Origin: Eledone cirrhosa
Lineage: Eukaryota
DNA length: 64,000 nt
Reading direction: 5' to 3'
Assembly: GCA_964016885.1 (NCBI GenBank)
Contig: OZ024756.1
Location: 19,096,001 to 19,160,000 of the forward strand
Positions 1 through 12,802 of the stretch are shown one piece after another. The notes under the pieces are model-generated. The model saw only the letters and a program-made list of their open reading frames with translations. It was not told where the DNA came from and searched no databases. Both the position numbers and the translations under genes were made by a program. Position 1 is the stretch's first letter. Each line of letters starts with the position of its first letter.

Positions 1-81
1 CAGCCAAAGCCTCACAAATTGGGCTGTCGTTATTCACAGCGACTTCTCCACACTTCGTACATCTGGTCTTGAACAAGTTAC
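1..81 (-). CDS. SIRT5: SIRT5 exon (zinc-binding CxxC), truncated by window edge
   Basis: ttaag|(G)NLFKTRCTKCGEVAVNNDSPICEALA; phase-1 continuation of the previous exon. Confidence 0.93.
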
Positions 82-541
82 CTTAAATAAAGATGGATGG
101 GAAATGTTTTAAGCAAAAAGACAATGATCCTTCATAATCATATCTTTTGAGAAAGATTTGTGTATGTCGAAACCCATAACTCCTGATGAAATCATAGAGG
201 CACTGTAGTGACATACTTGAGTGTTTTAAACGTGGTGGAGCCCATCCCTTCTCCAGGCCTGAAAACAGCCAATTTCTTCCAGAGAATAGAATTAAAAGCT
301 TTCACTGTAAACTGACTCCAGAAAATAGTGTAATATTAGGGTATATGAGCATACATAAGGGAAAATATTGGTATTAGTGGATTCAATTCTCACGTACACT
401 AATGCCAGGTTTTTTTGCCCAATTTTTTTACCACAGTAACGCCCAATTTTTATCACACACTAATACCTCTTTTTACCACACACTAATGCCCAATTTTTTA
501 AAAATCAAAAGAATCAAAAGAGAAGAGATGAAAGAATTTAC

Positions 542-668
542 CATGAAGTTCAATGATATTTGTAGAACCAGCTCTATGATGTAGTCCATCAATATTCTGA
601 GTGACCACAGATACTGTACGGCCCTGTTTAGCTAAACGCTGTTCACATTCAGCAATAGCAATGTGAGC
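542..668 (-). CDS. SIRT5: SIRT5 exon (TQNIDGLH and catalytic His)
   Basis: ctctag|[43 protein letters not shown]|gtaaat, phase 0 to phase 1. Confidence 0.95.
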
Positions 669-1504
669 CTAGAGTAGAGTTAAGAGAAAAGCTGTAATTA
701 GAACATCTAGCTGTGACAATATTGGAGATATAATGGATAGATAAGTAAGATGAAGATATTTAACCCTTTAACATTTAAACCGGCCATATCCGGCCAGAAT
801 TCTCTCAACTCTTTCTGTTCAAACCAGCCATAACCGACTGCTCATACTTATGTTAAGATATTGCTCTCAAAATAAATAATATCAAAATCTCATAGATTCA
901 ATATTATGTGAGATAATTCTGTGAAATAAAGTGATTACTGTGAAAATACAATAGTAAATATAGAGTAACAGTTAAAGGGTTAAGACATTTTATTTGTTTT
1001 AAATATGTTTCAACAGGAAAAAGTTAAAAAAAAAAAGAAAGAAAATGGAAAGAGATTCACTGAAGCTCTATTATTATATTGAGATCATCAACATCACCAC
1101 TATTTAATGACAATTTTTCCACACTAGCATGGGTTAGACGAGTTATCCTGTTATGAGACAAGTCGGGTCAGGTGACCATGTCTTGCTTATACAGAACTGG
1201 TTCTGGCTTGGTTTCTACAACTGGATGCCCTTCCTAACACCAACCATATTTACAGTGTGTACTGAATGCTTTTTGTCATGACACCTACATGACCACTTTA
1301 CAGTGTGGACTGGGTGCTTTTTGTCGTGACACCTACATGACCAGTTTAAAGTGTGGACCGGGTGCTTTTTGTCGTGACACCTACATGACCACTTTACAGG
1401 GTGGACCGAGAGGTTCATGGCAGGAATGCATTTGATCCCAGCTCAGGATGACCAAGGGTTAAACAGTATCAACATCAAAGAACAATAATTCAGTGAGTAC
1501 TTAC

Positions 1505-1603
1505 CTTGTTCGGCTGTTTATTAGCCATCAATTCACGCCGATAATGGTAGAATTCCCAGACCAATGATGGATTTTTGGAAAATGCTGTTGGACTAGCTAG
1601 TTC
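1505..1603 (-). CDS. SIRT5: SIRT5 exon (acyl-specificity YxxR)
   Basis: cccag|[33 protein letters not shown]|gtaagt. Retains the Tyr/Arg pair (human Y102/R105) that confers desuccinylase/demalonylase specificity. Confidence 0.95.
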
Positions 1604-1684
1604 CTGGGTGGAAGAGAGAGATTTGAATATATGGTAAAAGGTGCTGAATTCTTCAATCATTCAAAACAAGTCAGTTGGCTCTAA

Positions 1685-2070
1685 TACTTCTTTTCTTCAC
1701 CCACTTATTCCTGAGAGGGGCGTGGGAGCAGAGTCCTCCTCAAACACTTCTTCCAGCAAGTACTGCCAGAAGCAACCATCTCCAACTGATCTGGCTGGAT
1801 CCCCAAGCGAGACCAGCCAAGCTCATGGATCTTATCCAACCATCTTGATCAGGATCTACCCCTGGGTCTCCTGCTGGTTGGTTTTGCCCCTAAAATCTGG
1901 CCAGTGATTCTTTCCTGAGACATTCTAACCACATGTCCGTAATATCGGAGCTGTGATCTCTCAATTTGGAGAAACAGTGGCTCTACCTGGAGTGAATATC
2001 AAGTAACATTACTCCAAAGACCCTTCGGAGGAACCCCATTTCAGCTGTTTGTATTTGCTCTAATACCTGC
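1685..2070 (-). mobile_element. RTE-clade LINE 3' fragment, degenerate
   Basis: Minus strand gives IQTAEMGFLRRV and QIERSQLRYYGHVVRM. Its 3' end recurs on the plus strand at ~8505-8635. Confidence 0.75.
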
Positions 2071-2799
2071 TATGTAAAATATATTGGACATGATTGAGAC
2101 CCAGAATATAAGATTAATTAATTACTTTACAGTATTTAGCTTCACCTGATCTGACCTGCCTCACAATGGGACAACTCACCTAACCCAGGCTAAAAGGGGA
2201 AAATGGACAATAAATGGTGATGATGATGATCCCACTAGTTTCTGAATGTAAACCCAACAACATTACTTTTCATTCCTCCAGGGTCAACAAAATAGGACCA
2301 AATCATACACTTAAGTGAACTCAAATGAATTTATCTCATTTTTGTTAAACCTTTCACAACCATATTTCACTGTCTATGATTTTGAAATCATTTTAAAAAT
2401 AACCAAGAATCCGAAGGTATTTAGTAAAATAACTAACTTTCTTATTAAGCTGGTGTTTAGAATATAAGAGCTTTTACATAAAATTATGAAATATTTTAAT
2501 ATAAATACATACAACTTAAAACAGCTTTGTATCATAGAATCAAGAGCAGTTTCAGGTGATTTAGTATCAAAAGGGTTAATTAATGCTCCCAGTACACTTT
2601 GTGACGTGCCTGGCATTAGGAAGTGCATCCAGCCATAGGAACTATGCCAAAATATGGAACGTATGAGCTAAACATGGTTACATGGCCAGTCTAGCATCAA
2701 TGTGACAACCCATATAACCCATGCAAGTATAGAAAAATATTAAACGGTGATGACTGGGATGGTGATAATTTAGTTCAGTACTCTACAGTTTCTGCCATA

Positions 2800-3225
2800 A
2801 TAATGGTTTCTCATTTAGGCACAAGGCCAGCAATTTTAGGGAGAGGGGGAAGTCAATGTGCATTACTGGTACTTTATTTTATCGACCTCATAAGGATGGA
2901 AGGCAAAGCTAACCCCAGTGGGATTTGAACTCAGAAAGTAAAGGGCCGTAATTCTAAGCCGCAAAGCATGTTGTCTGACGCTCTACCGATACTGCCAATC
3001 CACTGCCCTCCTCCTAATAATAATTGTTTCTACTTTTGGCACAAGGCCAGCAATTACTCAGTACATTACTGGTACTTTATTTTATTGACCCCGTAAGGAT
3101 GAAAGACAAAGTTAACCTCGGTGGGATTTGAACTCAGAATGGCAAGGGCCGTAACTCTATGCGTCAAAGCATGGCGTCCGACCCTCTACTGATATTGCCA
3201 ATCCACCGCCCTCCTAATAATAATA
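2800..3225 (-). mobile_element. Two tandem SINE family A copies
   Basis: Head-to-tail copies, each with GATTTGAACTC (reverse B box) and the core motif. Confidence 0.88.
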
Positions 3226-3374
3226 ATACAGATGTGATTAATGGAACAGAAGGTACCAGTAAAGTATTGTGGTTGATATAATTGACTTTCCCATTTCTTT
3301 TTTTCCCTAACAATTCAAATATATGTGAAATGTTTAGACAAATATTTTAGGTCATGTAACAAGAATGAACCAAT

Positions 3375-4848
3375 ACTTTCTTTCTGAGGAGCAGAATCAC
3401 TCCCCTACTCTACCCTCTGCCAATTTCTAAGTACCAGAACATTGACCTCCTGGAAACTGTTCAGAGACGTGCAACCAAGCGAATACCCTCCATTAGGCAT
3501 CTACCATACTCTGAATGCCTTGCTTCCCTGGACATGGATACATTAAAGTTCCAACGTCTGGCAACTGACTTGATAAACACCAACAAAATTATTAACCATC
3601 TTGCCAACAACAACCCTGAGCACCTTTTTGAATTCCATGTGTCTAACACACGTGGGCATGCCTACAAAGCCAGAAAATAGCACAGCGCCGATGACTTTCG
3701 GAAACATTTTTTCATGCCCAAAGTTGCTGAAGCATGGAACAAACTATCTGCATCGGTTGTTAGCTGTCGCAACACTGCATCCTTTAAAACCTCCATGCTT
3801 CCTGAAATTCGCCAACACTACACCTGATATCCCCCCCCCCTCCATACACACACACATGTATCTGTGTATATCATGACTCATTCACTGTTCACTTTCCTGA
3901 CATTTGAACATTATTCTATGTACTATACATTGGCTGCTAAAGGTTTCTCTCTAAAAATAAAAGGCAGGCTGTATGATGCCTGCATACGAACAGCGATGTT
4001 ACATGGCAGTGAGACATGGGCCTTGTGTGCAGAGGATCTACGCAGACTGGAGAGCAACGAAGCTTGCATGCTCCGTTGGATGTGTAATAGTAATATACGC
4101 AAACGGCAAAGCATAAATGAACTAAGTGAGAAATTAGGAATAAGAGGGATCAGATGCTGTTTACTCGAGAGAAGACTACGTTGGTATGGTCACGTGATGC
4201 GCATGAAAGATGACAGCTGTATAAAAAAGTGCAGGGCAATCAAAATAGATGGTAGCCACGGAGTAGGCAAACCCAGAAAAACCTGGGACGACTTGATAAA
4301 TTCCGACCTCACACACTTACACCTCTCCAAGACAATGTCACTGGACCGAGATCTTTGGCGCTACATAGTAATACAGAAGACCCGCCTTGCCTAAGTACAA
4401 AGCGAAACCTACAGTCAGTAGGCACCTCTTAACCAAAATACACCCCCGTCACACTACCCTTACCCCCACCGCCATCTACACCACCCCTTTCGATGTAAAG
4501 CTATGTTGGTACCACAACATCCAGTCCTAAATAAATGAGGTCGTGTAGGTGTCACGATAAAAAAACACACAGTCCACACTGTAATGTGGCCATGTAGGTA
4601 ACACGGTAAAAACCTCCCAGTCCACACTGTAAACGTGGTTGGTGTTAGGAAGGGCATCCAGCCGTAGAAAACCCGCCAGACAGTCCTATACGAGCAAGAC
4701 AACCAATTTTGCCTCAAGTGGGACAATTCCCGTCCAGACCCATGCTAGCGTGGAAAATGGACGTGTAACGATGATGATACATGCACCTTTGAAGAGTTGT
4801 AGTGCACCTGAGCACTGTACACAATAATTTCATAACTATTATTATTAT
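3375..4848 (+). mobile_element. CR1/L2-group LINE 3' fragment interrupted by an RTE insertion
   Basis: Frame reads LETVQRRATKRIPSIRHLPYSE...LATDLI...RGHAYK. The 3' UTR resumes at ~4783 and ends in (ATT)n. An uninterrupted 3' UTR copy lies at ~31820-31940. Confidence 0.8.
3931..4776 (+). mobile_element. 5'-truncated RTE-clade LINE
   Basis: KGRLYDACIRTAMLHGSETW...RLRWYGHVMR...GKPRKTW, followed by a 3' UTR and (ATG)n tail. ATACAT flanks both ends. Confidence 0.88.
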
Positions 4849-5781
4849 AAGAATCCCTCCCCTCTTTCCACAGATTACTCAGTATCTCTACCTACCCCAA
4901 TTTCTGAGTACAGTGTATTTGCTTTTTTTGCGAAGATGTGTCCATGAACGCGACATGTAAAGCAAATTCACGTAATTCAAGTCTAATTTCCCCATAAAAA
5001 AAATAATTTTAAACCACACACATGCAAAGTGAATTCACATACTTCAAGTTTGCGTGAAAAGCAAACAGGCTGTACTAGAATCCCTCCCACCCAATTTCTG
5101 AGTACTACACTGATATGTGTGAAGAATATATTTATATTTAGAAACATTAGCATATAAACTGGTCATATCCAGCCAGTATTTTCTCACTCGTTGTGTTCAA
5201 ACCAGCCATAACTAGCTACTCATACTGATGTTAAGATATTATTCTCAAAATAAATAACATCAAAATCTCACAGATTCGATATTATGTGAGGTAAAGCCAT
5301 TGCAGCAAAAATACAAAAGCATATATAGAGTAATGTAAATGCTAAAGGGTTAACATTGAAATAATTCTTCATTATTAAACTCATTGGCAGTATCAGTAGA
5401 GGGTCGGACGACATGCTTTACAGCATAGTTACGTCCTGTTACGATCTGAGTTCAAATCCCGCCGAGGTTGACTTTGCCTTTCATCCTTACGGGGGTCGAT
5501 AAAATAAAGTACCAGTAATGAACTGGGTAATTGCTGGCCTTGTGCCTAAAGTAGAAACAATTATTAAACTCAAATAGTGTATTTCTTTTTAAATACAGTA
5601 ATGATAAATGTTGGGTGAAGAAGTGCCAAGAAATCCCAGTGGAAGGAAGCCACAATAGAGAGAAAACAAGGAAGATATTTTTTCCGCCAGAAGTATCCAT
5701 CAATGGGTGGTTAATAAAAGCGACATCGCAAAGAGAGTTGGGGGAGGGAATAGTAACTTTCATACACTTACTGGCACTTAC

Positions 5782-5940
5782 CTGAGCTTGCCATTTCCTC
5801 CAAAACCCCCCAGGTCCTCGGAATGTTGGAACACCACTCTCAGCACTCACTCCAGCACCTGTTAATATAACTATTTTCTTGGCCTTCGCAAACTTATTCT
5901 GAAAATCTGCCCGATCAGAGCTGGCGCGTTTTTTCTCCAT
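5782..5940 (-). CDS. SIRT5: SIRT5 exon (NAD-binding [15 protein letters not shown] motif)
   Basis: ttttcag acceptor, then [53 protein letters not shown], then gtaagt donor. Class III sirtuin signature. Confidence 0.95.
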
Positions 5941-7245
5941 CTGAAAAGTAACACATGGGAACAAGGTTAAATAATAGGGGCACAATCTGTGGGAACAAGG
6001 TTAAATAATAGGCTACAGTATGTGGGAACATTATATTGCGGAGCAGTGTATTGGAACAATGTGAAATAGTGGGCTAGCGTGTGGTAACAAGGTTAAGTAG
6101 TGGGCCCCATGGTGGGTAACAAGGTTAAATAGTGGATTATATTAGAGTTTACCAATATATATCCTGGTAAAGATTATAGAAGCTGAATGCTAATCAGTAT
6201 CCTTGGTCCAGCAGTATATGTATATATATACATATAGAATGGAAAAATCAGTGATGCATCGGCATACCGCCTATGGAAGCATCTTAGCTACCATATCCTT
6301 ACGGGGTCGATAAAATAAAGTACCAGTAATGCACTGGATAATTGCTGGCCTTGTGCCTAACGTAGAAACAATTCCAATCTCTCTCTCGCTCTCTCTCTGG
6401 AAAGAAATCGACTATATTCAGACCTGGACAGGGAGTGGGCCCCCGCCAGGTTTTAAATGTCGCCAGGGCTGCCCCGACGACTGCACCAGGAGTTACAGGT
6501 CCATACAGACACACAACACGAGGGAGGGAAGGAAAGAAACTGAAATGTTACCTTCAGAAGATTTGTAAACAGAGGAAAATCTTTTGTGGAGCCACAAACA
6601 GCCTTCGACAATATAGTAAGAGACAGTGTTACGTGTTCGATCTCAATCACACCGTTAGTTCATTCATTCGTTTGTCTTGCTGTCTTATATGCAAAAGTGT
6701 TAAGTCGCTTCGGAGTGTCGCTTTAATATCCTGTTAACAAATCTGTACACTGCAACAAACGACAGCTCCCAAGGATAATACGAGGAAGTTTCACTGCAGT
6801 TACTTAAGTTTGCAAGGATAAATGACATATTGAAGAAAGTGTAGATTAAGGAAACTAAAGTGAATTTGTATGTGTATGAAACTACTGCAGTTTTCCGCGT
6901 GTATATATATAAAGTAATCCTTATAGCAAATATGAACATCGTAGTAAATATATATGTAATTAGAAATATATAATTTTTTAGTATACTTCCTCCTTCAGCA
7001 GTTATTACTGCAAACGTGTGTAGCAGCTTTGTGCATGTGTCTATAATGCGTAACGTCCACACAAATTGGTGTGACGTTTCGTAATATGAATTTTTCTTGT
7101 GTCTACTCCGAGATGTATATAAATAAGAAAACGAACGAACGAGGGTAGGTGTGTGGCGATAGTAAATAAAGGTAAAGAGATAAAAAAACAAAAAAACAAG
7201 AAGCCGTCAGACTATGTATGTGTAAAAGCTAAGTGTCAGACTCAC

Positions 7246-7350
7246 GGTCATGAACGTATTAATGGCCAATAATTTGCTGACAGCACGGTTCCTGGTAAGA
7301 TGACTCCTGCAATGTTTAGAAAGGGTTGCTGAACAAACAAGAAACAACAT
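7246..7350 (-). CDS. SIRT5: SIRT5 putative first coding exon (mitochondrial targeting peptide)
   Basis: ATG at 7350 opens MLFLVCSATLSKHCRSHLTRNRAVSKLLAINTFMT (35 codons, R/K/S/L-rich, no D/E). It ends at a GTGAGT donor in phase 0, matching the phase-0 acceptor at 5940. Confidence 0.65.
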
Positions 7351-7519
7351 TCGTTTGCTTTGTTAATTTCGTTCTCTATTTCTTTCCTGACCACAACAAA
7401 CAGATAATACGAGTTAATGCTTATCAGGGAAGGTCACTCTTACGAACTTCGCAACCGGTGAACTAGCAAAAATAGTTCTCTATACTCTATATCAGCTGTG
7501 TGCAGCATATTCCATAACT

Positions 7520-8100
7520 GTGCTGCAAAGCATGGCGTCCGACCCTCTACCGATACTGCCAATCCACCGCCCTTATAATAATAATAATTGTTTCTACTAT
7601 TGGCACAAGGCCAGCAATTACTCAGTGCATTACTGGTACTTTATTTTATCGACCCCGTAAGGATGAAAGGCAAAGTTAACCTCGACGGGATTTGAACTCA
7701 GAATGGCAAGGACCGTAACTCTATGCGTCAAAGCATGGCGTCCGACCCTCTACCGATACTGCCAAAATAATTGTTTCTACTTTTGGCACAAGGCCAGCAA
7801 TTACTACAGTGTATTACTGGTACTTTATTAAAATAATGATAATAGTATTTATTTGTATCAACAGAGGTCACCAATATAGCAGACATTTAATAGTCACCAG
7901 TTTAGCTGTTAAAGGAAAGTAGCTTGCTACAAGAGAATAGGAGTGAGAAAGAGATATAGAGGAAGAATCGACCTCAGTACTTGACTGGTACTTTTTTTTT
8001 ACTAACCTTGAATGGATGTAAGGCAATTTTGACTTCGGCGGAATTTGAACTTAGGGAATCGCATTCTATTCGACGTTCTAACGACTCTGCCAATTCGGTG
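7520..8100 (-). mobile_element. SINE family A cluster
   Basis: One full and several partial copies upstream of SIRT5. Confidence 0.85.
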
Positions 8101-10265
8101 CTTGGATCGATATAATCAACTTTCTCCTCTTTTGGCTTTCTGCCAAAAATGAGAAACCGTTATTAAGCTGATGTTTGGAATATAAAAATGTTTTCAAATA
8201 AATTATGATGGGTTTTTTTTTTCAATAAATAAACATATGCACTTTTGTAAAATAAAAACAGTTGTGGCTTGGTAACATAGGGCGGACATTCAAATAAACA
8301 CGTAAGCAATACTAATTGGATTTTCATGTGTAAAATACGTCGAGAGTATTTGGAGTATCGGTTAGTGATACGGGTAGGGTCAGAGATACTCTTAGCCGTA
8401 ATCCACACTTTAGGCTAATTAATAAGAGAGATTTTGTTTCGAGTGGTTTATAATAACGGTGAATAATAAAGATAAAAAGATAATTTTATTTTTCATTTAA
8501 CATACATGAGCTCGGCTGGTCTCGCTTGGGGATCCAGCCGGATCGGTTGGAAACGGTTGCTTCTGACACGACCTGCTGGAAGAAGTGTTTGAGGACTCTG
8601 ACCCCACGACCCTCTCAGGAATAAATGGGCGAATAATATTAGAACAAATATGTAAAAAATATTTAAGATTAAATAAAAGTACATACAATTGATAATTACT
8701 AGGAACCTTATAAATATAATTGTTTCTACTTTTGGCACAAGGCCAGCAATTACCCAGTACATTATTTTATCAACCCCATAAGGATGAAAGGCAAAGTTAA
8801 CATCGGCGGGATTTGAACTCAGATCGTAAAGGGACGTAACTATGCTAGAAAGCATGGCGTCCGACCCTCTACCGATACTGCCAATCCACTGTGTATTAGA
8901 TACAACCTTATAGTTACTTCTTACATGTGTGTGTGTGTGTTCTGGTTTTATAATTTTATAAATTTTTACCAATAGAGAGAGTCGGTTTCTAACATAGACA
9001 CAAGACTCTCTCATTGGAATTTACGCATCAACTAGGTAGATATGTCTGCATGCATGCATGTGTGTGCAGGTATGGATGTTATTGTATGTGTGGATGTTCT
9101 GAGTTGTATATGTGCATGTGCATATGCGTTGTATCTGTACAAATGTATATGGAATTATTAGATGCAGAATTGTTTTGAATGTTTTACATATTTTTACTGT
9201 TCCATTAATGGATTGTACTTGTAATTTCCTAACTAGTCGTGTTCTTTCTGATTGTGAAGTCCAGCTTCTCAAGATTTGTACTGAGGCAGTTAATAGCATA
9301 TCCCAGTGCCCCAATAATCACAGATATAAATCTGAAGTGTGTAAAACTAGTACCGGACTAAAAAAAATACATGGTGGGGCATAAAGATTGTGTCCCACAT
9401 GGTGACCTCACCGGTCCTGTGGAAAGCAAAGCTCTCTTCTGTTGCTGTGTCGTAAACCATGCAGACCTACAGCTGGTCTACAAATTCATCTACGAAGTCA
9501 TACTAAGTCTTGATTGGTACATTATTTTTATTGATTGGGTAGGTGGGGGATCTTGACTGGTACTTTATTTTATCGATTTGTGGGGAAGAGGTAAGTTTTG
9601 TACATTGGTACATTATTTTTATCGATTTGTAAGAGGAATCTTGACTGGTACTTTATTTTATCGATTTGTGGGGAGGCGCGGAAAGTGATGGCTAGTACTT
9701 TATTTTATTAACCTCAGAAGGATGAACAACAAAGTTGACCTCGGTGAGATTTGAACTCAGAATATAAAGAGACAAAACAAATACTGAAATAGTATTTTAT
9801 CCATCGATGAATCTATGCCAGTATGTTACTGGTATTTTATTTTATCGACCCAGTAAGGATGAAAGGCAAAGCTAACCTCGGCAGCATTTGATTGAATTCA
9901 GAAAGAATTTATCTGTGACTATTTCTCTGAAATAATAGTTTTTTTTATTTAGGCTCAAAGCCAACAATTTTGGGGCGCAGGGGAAAGTCGATTAAATTGA
10001 TTTCCAGTGCGTTACTGGTACTTTATTTTATCGACCCTGTTAGGATGAAGGGTGAAGTTAACCTAGCTTTCTCTGAAATAATGAGAGTTGTCTCCCGTAA
10101 CAAGTGCCATATTTTTACTATTTCTTTCCCCTCTTAGTAAACAATTATCTCTTTACTACTGCCTTTTTGCTTCTTGGTTTCGTTGATATTTATTTACCTT
10201 CTCTTCCCCTCCCCTTCTCTTCCCTTTCTCTCGATCTGTCATTTCTTTTTCATTTATCTAACCAG

Positions 10266-10371
10266 TATAAAACTAGGACACAGCTTTGACGCCTCAACTT
10301 CATATCGAAGAAACCTTGTCAAATTCCTTGTTTCAACTGGAGTTATTCTTAGTTAAATTCTAACGGTAAAC
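10266..10371 (+). promoter_or_regulatory. Possible TATA promoter and 5' UTR exon of the GH1 gene
   Basis: TATAAAA at 10266, TCA about 30 nt downstream, and a possible donor ACG|GTAAAC at 10365. Speculative. Confidence 0.25.
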
Positions 10372-10741
10372 AACTCTTATTAAGTTTCATTTTGTCGTCC
10401 CATACATTTTTATTTCTTTTCAAGTTTACTTTTATTATTTTCTTCGATTTTGCTTCTTTTTTTAAAAATATCTCCACCTTCCCCTTTCGAATTCGTTTCG
10501 CTTCTCACGCCTGGTGGGTTGAAAGTACTATGTACTCGTATACACGTAAATATACTAATTTACATTAGACTGCGACCATATGCTCTGCGGCACCGCCTTA
10601 AAAGAGGTTTACTCGATTTTAGCAAGACTATTATTTACTTTTTTCAAGTCTAGAACTCATTTTATCGATTTCTTGTTTTTTGCCGGACCGCTAAGTAATG
10701 GGATATAAACACATATACGAACGAGCACACATACACATATA

Positions 10742-10946
10742 TGAGGTTCGGCTGAAAAATTAAATAGGCTGACCAAGATACTCTCTTGGAACGACCAAAT
10801 GAGATTTATTTTTTCAAAATGGTCCCTTGAAAAAAACAATACAATACAGTTATTAAGAAGAAGAGTTGAAATTAATGCATGCAAGATTTTACAGCGCTAG
10901 CATCACTCCTTCATTGTCAGCCTATAAGCTTTTCAACCGATCCTCG
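10742..10946. mobile_element. Mariner-type MITE
   Basis: ~30-bp TIRs TGAGGTTCGGCTGAAAAATTAAATAGGCTGAC and GTCAGCCTATAAGCTTTTCAACCGATCCTCG, flanked by TA. Confidence 0.75.
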
Positions 10947-10957
10947 TATATATATAT

Positions 10958-11150
10958 AGGACCCCGACGGCTGAGCTCCGGCCGTTTCGACAGCTAGATC
11001 CGAACCGTTCGGATCTAGCTGTCGATACGGCCGGAGCTCAGCCGTCGGCGTCCTGACTCTTTTCTTATTACCCACTCTACTACCCTATGTATCGAATACT
11101 CTTGTGGGTTATGGTCCACCTGGCATCTTACAATACCTTCCTTGTTTTAT
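10958..11150 (+). mobile_element. (TA)n-embedded fold-back element, probably Penelope-like
   Basis: ~95-bp near-perfect palindrome followed by a TTACCCACTCTACTACCC tail. Copies at 40815-40952 and 45987-46180 (+), 56070-56273 and 61820-61971 (-). Confidence 0.7.
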
Positions 11151-11969
11151 ATATATATATGATGGCTGCAACTAAATTTCGAGTAATACCATTGCTTGAT
11201 ACTTGAGCATCGCAGACGTGGCTCTTTAGTCCTGCTAGGGACTTGCCTATGGCCAGCAAAAAATGTCACATATCAAGCGATGCCATGCTAAAGTATCAAG
11301 CAATGGTATTACTTGAAGCTTTTTGAAGTGAGGAAAGACTTTGCACGGGGCCAATTCCACTCTCTGAGTATTGAATGCAAACGAAGTTGCAGGTTTTATA
11401 TCAGAGCGACCTTCTCCTGTATTAATGAAGACTAGGAGTCTAAAAAAAAAAAAAAAAACATTATTGGATGGCCGTTGACTCTCCTGCGCTCCTTCGCCCT
11501 TTGACGGGTTTTGTTTTTCGTCCAGAAGGGTGTCCAAAATCACCCTTCTTACAAAGCATATATATATCTGCGTACGACAGGTATTAATGCAACGGTGTAT
11601 AGTAGCTTTGTGCATGCGTCTGTATAATGCGTAATTATGCATTGGTAAATATGTGGAAACACAAGCATACGTATTTCCACACACACAAATAGGTGTGGCA
11701 AAGCCAGGTTAACTAATGAAATTATCACATGATCCTCATGGCAGGTGCAATGTGTCCGAATACTGAAAAGCCGAACGCCCACTGTCATCGCCTCCATCTC
11801 TCTGTATTGTGAGCAAAGATGCTGGCCCCGGCGGCGATTGTTCCGTATAAACTTGTGTTTTTTGTGCATACAACGAAATGTATATAAATAAGAAAGCGGA
11901 CGAGGGTAGGTGTGTGGCGATAGTAAATAAAGGTAAAAAGAAAACAAACGAACAAAGAAGCCACTAGAC

Positions 11970-12242
11970 CAGGGGCATGCAACAGGCGGCCCGCAGGCCA
12001 CAATCCGGCCTGCGATGACCCTTTTTAATGTCTACCTTGTAGGCTTATTTAGAATATTTTTCGTAACCGTAATACAATTTTCTGTTAGTTGACCTATAGT
12101 AAAGGGCTTCACTGATAGGGTTATGTGTATTATAATTTCCCACTTCCATGTTATGGAATAGTGCTTAATAAATATTAATGGCCTTAATAGTTGTTCCAAT
12201 GTTCAAAAGTGGCCCACCAATGGAATATGTTGCACACCCCTG
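11970..12242. mobile_element. hAT (Charlie-like) MITE
   Basis: TIRs CAGGGGCATGCAAC and GTTGCACACCCCTG; 8-bp TSD CACTAGAC/CATTAGAC. Confidence 0.85.
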
Positions 12243-12330
12243 CATTAGACTATGTACGTGTGTTTCTGAATATATTTCAAGCTGTAAACTGGTTTACAGT
12301 CTGTTGTAAAACTGGGTGGTTGGGAGCCAG

Positions 12331-12500
12331 CAGTGCTTGATTTACCATTGTACTTATGTGTGCTTAAGCACAGGGTCCCATTGGCCAGTGGGGGTCGCCC
12401 ATCTTCCTGCCCCCAAATCGTTTTACCTCCTTCAGGACCCGGGTGACAGGCCTCATATCTTAACTAGCATAGGGCCTCATTTGTCCTAAATCCGGCACTG
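12331..12500. mobile_element. hAT-like MITE
   Basis: TIRs CAGTGCTTGATTTA and TAAATCCGGCACTG; degenerate 8-bp flanks GGAGCCAG/GAAACCAA. Confidence 0.65.
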
Positions 12501-12802
12501 GAAACCAAAGCTCGTATTTGCAACTGTTGACGAGAAGGTCCCTATGACCAAGTTCCTCAATCATTGTCCCCGCGGTAGCAAGGACCTTACTTTTCAAGCC
12601 ATATAAAAGAAAGTGGGGATGAGATGAGAGAACAGGTGTCTGGCTACTTGTTGCAGGGCATCTCACAGCGGGAGAGCAATGTCATTGGGGTGACCTTAAA
12701 AAACCTTTCACTTGGCAGCGTATTGTGGATTGTGTCCGGCTCTCCATGCATGCATGGGTTGGACGGGACCGGTGCATCAGGCGGAGCAGGCAAGAGGGGG
12801 CC

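Noticed and set aside
3864-4394. Host gene (176 aa)
   Set aside because: It is the C-terminus of an RTE ORF2 fused to upstream LINE UTR sequence.
5452-5985. 177-aa ORF as a complete sirtuin
   Set aside because: Only 5782-5940 is exon; the rest is intron and SINE read-through.
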